From Candidatus Krumholzibacteriia bacterium (lineage in GTDB: Bacteria > Krumholzibacteriota > Krumholzibacteriia > LZORAL124-64-63), in NCBI GenBank assembly GCA_016744275.1, contig JADGEP010000002.1, positions 1 through 32,070 of the forward strand: DNA of 32,070 nt, read 5' to 3'. Position 1 is the stretch's first letter. The number at the start of each line of letters is the position of its first letter. Positions 26,895 through 32,070 of the stretch are shown one piece after another. The notes beneath the pieces are model-generated. The model worked only from the letters and a program-made list of their open reading frames with translations. It was not told where the DNA came from and did no database searches. The position numbers and the translations under genes were made by a program.

Positions 26895-28595
26895 ATGTCC
26901 GTCGCCGCGAAGACCCTTTTGACCGAACTGGAATCTTTGAAGAACAGCTTTGGCGACGGCCTTGGCGCCCAAAAATACGAGATCTTGTGCCGCCTGGAAA
27001 CTGCTTCGCTGCCTACGGCCGACGCCGTGCTGCACCTGCACGAGGTGCTCTGTTTTTGCCGCGCCCATCCGGACGACGCGCGCCTGCTGCGGCAAGTCGA
27101 AGGCATGCTCAATGGGTTTCACGCCCGCCGCGACCTGCAACGCAAAGGCGCGGGTCTGGTTGATTCGGGCATCGAAGGCACCGAAATCCGCTACGAATTT
27201 TTCATGCAGATGGCCCAATGGCTGGCCACGCGTTGGCCCGACCGCTTGCAGATCGATTGGAAAGAACTCGGCAGCGGCGACAACCTCGATCAGATCCTGC
27301 ACCTGCTGGCGCTTTACACCGAAACCCCCGGTCTGGATGAATTCGCTTTCCCGCTGAAAGATTGGATCAACCGCTTAAAAGCGCCGGGCGAAACCGACGC
27401 CACCTTCGTGATCAACCGCATCAAAGACCTGGAGATGGATACGCCCACCCGCGAGCTCTTCTACGAACGGCTGGGCCTGCCGCTGGTCATCATCGCTGGC
27501 GTGGGCGGCCCCAACCGCACCTGTGCGAAACTCAGCGGCGCGAAGGTCTTTTACCAAACTGCACCGTTGCAACAGAAGCGCCCTGACCTGCGGGCCGCCC
27601 TGAAAATTCCGCCGCTGGCCGTGCGCGCCGTCAACAAACGCAAGGGGCAGGAGATCATCGACCTGGCCCGCGAAGCGATGGTCACCCGCAGCCGCGATCT
27701 CGATGTTTTTGCCTACGGCGACCCACGCGATGTGCGCCTGATCGATTGTGGCCAGGGCCTGCAGTTCGCGGCCATCGGCGCGTTGCCGGAACGGCGCCTC
27801 ATTTTTGAAGCCGTTTATGGCTTTCTGATCCTGAAAAACGGCGTGCCGGTGGGGTATGTGCTCAACAGCGCCTTGTTTGGCTCGGTCGAAGTGGCTTACA
27901 ACGTTTTTGAAACCTACCGCGGGGGCGAAGCCGGCTTCATGTATGGCCGCTTGCTGGCTGCTTTGAAGCTCGTATTCCAGGCCGATACGTTCACTATCTA
28001 TCCCTACCAACTGGGCGGCGACGGCAATCAGGAAGGCCTCGCTTCAGGCGCCTGGTGGTTCTATCAAAAGCTGGGTTTCCGGGCCCGCAATGAAGACGTC
28101 TTGAAACTGATGCGTAGCGAATTGCGGCGGATTCGGAAAAACCCGAGGCAGCGTTCGAGCATCAGCACCCTCGAAAAACTGGCCGGCGAGAACGTCTACT
28201 TTGATTTGAAGAAACCTCGCCACGATGTGATCGGGATGTTGCCTTTGGCCAACGTCGGCTTGCACGTGACGGCCCTTTTAGCTGACCGTTTTGGTGCGCA
28301 TCGCAAACAGGGCCAAGATCTGTGCGCCCGTGAGGCCATGGCGTTGCTGGGTGTGCGCAGTCGGCAAAGCTGGAGCGCCGGTGAACAAATGGCCTGGCGG
28401 CGCTGGAGTCCGTTGGTGCTCGCCTTGCCGGGCGTGACAAAATGGACGGCGACCGAAAAGAAAAACTTGGTCGCCGTGGTGCGCGCCAAGGGCGGCCGCC
28501 GTGAATCAGATTTCACGCGCCTTTTTGACGGCCATCGCAAGTTGCGCAGTGCGATCAAACGCCTGGCCTTGAAGGACATTTCCGGGGCCCAATAA
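26895..28595 (+). CDS. hypothetical 566-aa protein with GNAT-like central fold
   Basis: GGAGG RBS. The segment ILKNGVPVGYV...VEVAYNVFETYRGGEAGFMYGRLL...GAWWFYQKLGFR resembles the acetyltransferase beta4-alpha3 (R/QxxGxG/A) and C-terminal Y-x-K-x-GF elements. The flanking helical domains are unassigned. Confidence 0.7.
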   Translation: MSVAAKTLLTELESLKNSFGDGLGAQKYEILCRLETASLPTADAVLHLHEVLCFCRAHPDDARLLRQVEGMLNGFHARRDLQRKGAGLVDSGIEGTEIRYEFFMQMAQWLATRWPDRLQIDWKELGSGDNLDQILHLLALYTETPGLDEFAFPLKDWINRLKAPGETDATFVINRIKDLEMDTPTRELFYERLGLPLVIIAGVGGPNRTCAKLSGAKVFYQTAPLQQKRPDLRAALKIPPLAVRAVNKRKGQEIIDLAREAMVTRSRDLDVFAYGDPRDVRLIDCGQGLQFAAIGALPERRLIFEAVYGFLILKNGVPVGYVLNSALFGSVEVAYNVFETYRGGEAGFMYGRLLAALKLVFQADTFTIYPYQLGGDGNQEGLASGAWWFYQKLGFRARNEDVLKLMRSELRRIRKNPRQRSSISTLEKLAGENVYFDLKKPRHDVIGMLPLANVGLHVTALLADRFGAHRKQGQDLCAREAMALLGVRSRQSWSAGEQMAWRRWSPLVLALPGVTKWTATEKKNLVAVVRAKGGRRESDFTRLFDGHRKLRSAIKRLALKDISGAQ

Positions 28596-28924
28596 TTCAA
28601 GACGCGCCGCGCCACCAACAGCCGCCGCCATCGCCGTATTCCTGCCAACTGCGCTCTTCGTCCTGGGCCGACCAACCGTCGTTCAGTCGCCTGTCCGGTT
28701 CGCCTTTTCGCGGCGGCGTGCAGCGCTCGGCAATGTCCTTCAATACCTGGCCCAAGCCTTGAATTTTGCGGTTGGTATTCTTCACGATCGCTTCCTCCTG
28801 CTGGAACAACATCAATGGTGGGGCCAGATGGGCCCGACGCCGATGTCGAGGAAAAAGCAATTCTGATGCGCAGGAATTCTGTTGTTAATAAAGCAGTTGG
28901 CAGGTTTTCAAGGCTGGTGTGTGT

Positions 28925-28956
28925 CTGGGCGGACACGACTCATTGTGTCCGCCCAG
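28925..28956 (-). terminator. perfect 12-bp GC-rich hairpin (CTGGGCGGACAC-8 nt-GTGTCCGCCCAG) 31 nt downstream of the DUF4395 stop
   Basis: Read directly from the sequence. There is no U-tract, which is frequent in high-GC genomes. The position fits an intrinsic terminator for the minus-strand gene. Confidence 0.5.
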
Positions 28957-28986
28957 CCGCAAAATCAAGGTTGCTGGCCCGGCTTA

Positions 28987-29625
28987 CTAATGAATTTCAG
29001 CGCCAAACAACGCACTGGGCGCCACGGCGAAGTTGTCGTTGAACAGGAACACCGTCGCGGTCACGTATCCGATAAAAGCGACCACAATCAACATCTGCCA
29101 AATGGAGGTTTTTTGGATCGGTTGCCGGTCCTTCACTTCGCACACTTCGCCCGGGCAGTACTGGGCCTTCTCCCTGTAGAAGAGCGAGTAGAATTTGCAG
29201 CCAAGGCAAATGCCGAAGGCAGTTTCAAAGAACAGGAAAATGAGGCAGATCAAACAGATCAAGCCGGTGATCGGACTGTAGGTATTCATGACCACTTGCA
29301 GGGCCATCATCGTGACCGCCAAAACCAAACCAATCACCCACGCGAATTTTTTCTGCGCCGCGCCCACGTATTCGGGGGTCTGGTTGCGCACGATCAAGCG
29401 TCCGGCGATCAGCGAAGGTGACCAACGCGGGCTGATCAAAACCCGGATTGCGATGTCGGTCAGAAAAATCGTGACGCCGTATTTCAGCAGCAGGAAATCG
29501 TTCTTCATGATCGCCGTCAGGATCGCGATGAACATGATCAGGAACAGCAGTCCGGATGCCGCGCGGATTTCGCGTTCGTTCAGGACGGGGATGTCGTAGC
29601 CGGCGACGGTTTCTCCGAATTTCAT
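28987..29625 (-). CDS. DUF4395 family membrane protein
   Basis: Four or five hydrophobic helices plus the conserved block ETAFGICLGCKFY typical of DUF4395. GAGGAA RBS on the minus strand. Confidence 0.8.
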   Translation of the reverse strand: MKFGETVAGYDIPVLNEREIRAASGLLFLIMFIAILTAIMKNDFLLLKYGVTIFLTDIAIRVLISPRWSPSLIAGRLIVRNQTPEYVGAAQKKFAWVIGLVLAVTMMALQVVMNTYSPITGLICLICLIFLFFETAFGICLGCKFYSLFYREKAQYCPGEVCEVKDRQPIQKTSIWQMLIVVAFIGYVTATVFLFNDNFAVAPSALFGAEIH

Positions 29626-29756
29626 GCTTCATTCCTCTGCTGAAGGGAGTGCCATTTCAGCCATCATAGCGCCAGCACCGCGAATCACCAGAAAAATAGT
29701 GGGGTTTTCCCGCGAAGCTGGTGGCGGTGCCATTCGCAATTGCATATAGTACGGAT

Positions 29757-30233
29757 ATGAATAGTCCAAAACCGAACAAAACAAAAACGAATCGTCAAAA
29801 AGCTCCGGCCTTGCCGCCGTTGCGATACTTGTCGCCCTTGCATCGCATCCAGCGCCAATTGCAGGTGCACTTGCATCAAAGTGTGGCGCCCATCGGGATC
29901 ACCGGCACCGAAGCCCACCTGCTCAGCTATCTGGCCAGCTACGCACCGGTGCCGGTCGGTGATTTGGTGCGCGTCTTTGGCCTGAAAAAGTCGACTCTCA
30001 CGGGCATTCTTGACCGCCTCGAAGAAGCCGGCTACACCATCCGGCAGATCAACCCCGACGACCGGCGGTCTTTCTTGCTGAAAACCACCCCCCGGGGGGC
30101 GAAAGCGGCCCAAAAGGTGCGAGCCCTGCTGGAGAGATTTGAAGCCAGCCTGGACGCCGAACTTTCAGCCTCCGACAAAAAGGCCTTCGTGCGCGTGGCT
30201 GCGGCCATCGAACGCGCCACTTCTCCCACTTGA
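29757..30233 (+). CDS. MarR family transcriptional regulator
   Basis: Winged-helix block LTGTEAHLLSYLASYAPVPVGDLVRVFGLKKSTLTGILDRLEEAGYTIRQINPDDRRSFLLKTTPRG. The start is ATG at 29757 or GTG at 29721; neither has a strong RBS. Confidence 0.85.
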   Translation: MNSPKPNKTKTNRQKAPALPPLRYLSPLHRIQRQLQVHLHQSVAPIGITGTEAHLLSYLASYAPVPVGDLVRVFGLKKSTLTGILDRLEEAGYTIRQINPDDRRSFLLKTTPRGAKAAQKVRALLERFEASLDAELSASDKKAFVRVAAAIERATSPT

Positions 30234-30249
30234 AACAGGAGTAAAAGTC

Positions 30250-30750
30250 ATGATGGACGTCCGCACCTTCCAAAAAATCGCCATCATCCAGTTCAAATAC
30301 ACGACTTGGGTGATGGGCGCCAACCTCAAGGGTCTCACTGACGAGCAGGGCCTCCAGCAACCCCCAGAAGGCAACTGCCTCAACTGGGTGGCGGGCCACG
30401 TCATGCAGGCCCGCAGCGGCATCTTGCATCTCACACGCCAGGCAACCCCTTTTGCCGCAGGCAAATACGAGCGTTATGAGCGGGGCTCGGCACCCGTCGT
30501 CGAGGCTGCCGGCACGGTGCCTCTGACGGAAATGCTGACCGATTTCATGGCCACCGAAGAAGGCCTGAAAAAGGGCATAGCAGGTTTGAGGGCTGAAATG
30601 CTGGCGGCCAAGGCGCCTTTCAGTCCCAGCAATGATGAAACCGAAACCATCGGCTCTTTGCTGGCCGGATTGGTCTTTCACGAAGCCTATCACTGCGGCC
30701 AATTGGGCACCTTGCGCCGCCTGGTTGGTGGCGACGGCACCATCAAGTAG
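30250..30750 (+). CDS. DinB-superfamily (DinB_2-like) metal-dependent protein
   Basis: AGGAG RBS 16 nt after the marR stop. The four-helix pattern has conserved His residues (NWVAGHV ... LVFHEAYHCGQL). Confidence 0.8.
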   Translation: MMDVRTFQKIAIIQFKYTTWVMGANLKGLTDEQGLQQPPEGNCLNWVAGHVMQARSGILHLTRQATPFAAGKYERYERGSAPVVEAAGTVPLTEMLTDFMATEEGLKKGIAGLRAEMLAAKAPFSPSNDETETIGSLLAGLVFHEAYHCGQLGTLRRLVGGDGTIK

Positions 30751-30763
30751 TTGCCGGCAGGGG

Positions 30764-30791
30764 CGGCGCCGGTGAAATAGCCCCGGCGCCG
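30764..30791 (+). terminator. hairpin (CGGCGCCGG-10 nt-CCGGCGCCG) 14 nt after the dinB-like stop
   Basis: Read directly from the sequence. The GC stem is 9 bp and there is no U-tract. Confidence 0.4.
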
Positions 30792-30916
30792 TAGAGATTG
30801 TCACCGTACGAGAGATAAAATTTGTGGTCGGCGCGGCCTTTCCCAGGCCTCTAAATCGCACCTTAGCGTTGACTTCCGGCCTCAAAAAGCCATCTTTCTT
30901 CTGAGAAAACGCCGTT

Positions 30917-31348
30917 ATGTGCCGGAGGACAGCCTTTTTGAGCCAAAACGTACTTGCCAAGGTCCAAGTTTGGACTATTTTACTCGCGCTTCCCTTGGCC
31001 CTCGTGCTTGGGTTTGCCATTTCGTTCAGCTTTGCCGCTGGGGTGTTTCTGACAGCCCTGTGGGCAGTGGCCGGATTCCGGGCGCTGGAAGGCTTATTTC
31101 GCGCTGCGTTTGTCCCCGAGGGCACGCCCCGCAACGAATTTGCCATCATCTTGTGGCTGGTTGCGAAATTGAGTGTTTACGGCCTGGCGGTTTGGGTGTT
31201 ATTTTCCCGTCCGTTTCCGGCAGTTAGCCACGCAGTCGGATTCACCATCCTGATGGTGGTACTGGTGGTTGTCGGGGCACGGCATCGTGCAGAAGAAATC
31301 CGGTTGGCGACAAATTCTGGTGACAATCAGAACGACGACCAACCCTAA
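30917..31348 (+). CDS. AtpI-like small membrane protein upstream of atpB
   Basis: Four hydrophobic helices, about 135-143 aa, immediately upstream of ATP synthase subunit a, which is the canonical atpI position. A possible alternative start is the TTG at 30938, preceded by GGAGGA. I recognise no sequence signature beyond topology and position. Confidence 0.5.
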   Translation: MCRRTAFLSQNVLAKVQVWTILLALPLALVLGFAISFSFAAGVFLTALWAVAGFRALEGLFRAAFVPEGTPRNEFAIILWLVAKLSVYGLAVWVLFSRPFPAVSHAVGFTILMVVLVVVGARHRAEEIRLATNSGDNQNDDQP

Positions 31349-31385
31349 AGTGACCTTTAGTAGACTGATTCCTGCAGAGGGGACG

Positions 31386-32070
31386 ATGCGAAAAACCAGC
31401 GCGAACCAATTGGTGGTCTTGGCCCTCCTCGTCGGAGCGGTCATTTTTGCGTCCGGTGTTACACCCGGTAATGCGATGGCCCAGGATCACGGCCATGGTC
31501 AGACCACCGAAGAGCAGGCTCAACCGGCGACCAATCACGACGGGCCCAATACGACCCACGATGAGCCGGGACATGTTGATGCGGCTTCCCACGGAGACGC
31601 CCACGGCGAAGGCCACGGCGAAGGCCACAGTTCGATTCCCCATCTCCAGAACATGGTCTCCGGCTGGATCTCGCCCCTGGTGCCCGACTCGGTCGCCAAG
31701 GTTCTCGCCGACTACGTCGATCCCCTGTACTCCATGTTTGTGGCCCTGCTGCTGGCACTGTTCTTCATCGCCCTGAGCCGCCAGCTCAGCGCCCGCAAGC
31801 CCGGACGCCGCCAAATGGCCGCCGAGCTTATTTTTGGCGGCCTCTATTCGCTCTTCCAGGCCATCATCGGCCCGAGCGCTCGCCGCTACACGCCTTTCCT
31901 TGGCACGCTGTTCATCTTCATCCTGTGCAACAACCTGGCCGGTATCGTGCCCCTGGGACACGCAGCGACGTCGAGTTTCAACACCACGACTTTTGCCTTG
32001 GGCGGCCTGACGTTCCTTTACGTCCAGGCCATCGCGCTCAAGGAGAATGGCCTGCTGGGCTACCTGCACC
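31386..32070 (+). CDS. atpB: F0F1 ATP synthase subunit a (partial, continues beyond the window) with N-terminal signal-like and His-rich extension
   Basis: My own translation from the ATG at 31386 (GAGGGG RBS) gives ...YTPFLGTLFIFILCNNLAGIVPLGHAATSSFNTTTFALGGLTFLYVQAIALKENGLLGYLH, which is the conserved subunit-a helix 2-3 region. The ORF is open at the window end and so is absent from the track. The 275-aa minus-strand ORF here is a shadow frame. Confidence 0.85.
   Translation, partial: MRKTSANQLVVLALLVGAVIFASGVTPGNAMAQDHGHGQTTEEQAQPATNHDGPNTTHDEPGHVDAASHGDAHGEGHGEGHSSIPHLQNMVSGWISPLVPDSVAKVLADYVDPLYSMFVALLLALFFIALSRQLSARKPGRRQMAAELIFGGLYSLFQAIIGPSARRYTPFLGTLFIFILCNNLAGIVPLGHAATSSFNTTTFALGGLTFLYVQAIALKENGLLGYLH

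Noticed and set aside
28597-28860. 87-aa minus-strand ORF in the 390-bp gap after the 566-aa gene
   Set aside because: It shows some GC3 bias. However, the only starts are a TTG at 28860 or an ATG at 28812, neither with an RBS. It has no motif and lies downstream of a strong hairpin terminator. I cannot support it as a gene; conservation or proteomics would be needed.
1-32070. Search for mobile-element hallmarks (transposase, integrase, inverted terminal repeats), rRNA/tRNA genes and prophage structural genes
   Set aside because: I recognised none on either strand, so the left-end island cannot be tied to a mobility mechanism from this window alone.

Overview
The window is a 32 kb stretch from a high-GC bacterium. 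Two giant secreted repeat proteins end in the same FlgD-Ig/T9SS-type C-terminal sorting domain (VPNPFNP...WDG...GVY...K), which suggests an uncultured FCB-superphylum-like lineage; that is inference only. All calls rest on motif recognition, start-codon/RBS inspection and the supplied ORF track. No searches or computations were run. From about 4.3 kb onward the content is ordinary chromosomal envelope and stress functions. These are a secreted HExxH protein, an LVIVD-repeat surface protein, a zinc-ribbon membrane protein, a NYN-domain protein and a class-C-like serine hydrolase followed by the HNH protein YajD. Next come a lipoprotein, a VOC/bleomycin-resistance-like protein, a DUF1287 protein and a minus-strand run of Omp85-like barrel, secreted kinase-like protein, msrA and selO. 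The rest is a TPR lipoprotein, a SAM methyltransferase, a 1594-aa FG-GAP/VCBS/ASPIC protein, a 566-aa orphan with a GNAT-like core, DUF4395 with MarR and DinB, and the start of an F-type ATP synthase operon (AtpI-like gene, then atpB running off the window). The left 4.3 kb is visibly more A+T-rich and holds only orphan genes. One is a plus-strand pair of 124 and 373 aa. The other is a convergent, translationally coupled minus-strand operon encoding a 592-aa P-loop NTPase (Walker A GRRGAGKS) and a 205-aa two-TM protein. I consider that NTPase plus membrane-protein pair the best candidate for an undescribed accessory or defence-type system here. The second most interesting item is the overlapping Omp85-like barrel and signal-peptide-bearing protein with an HxDxKxxN / DFA kinase-like signature. 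I recognised no rRNA, tRNA, CRISPR array, transposase or integrase. Many long ORFs in the track are antisense shadow frames typical of high-GC DNA and are rejected.
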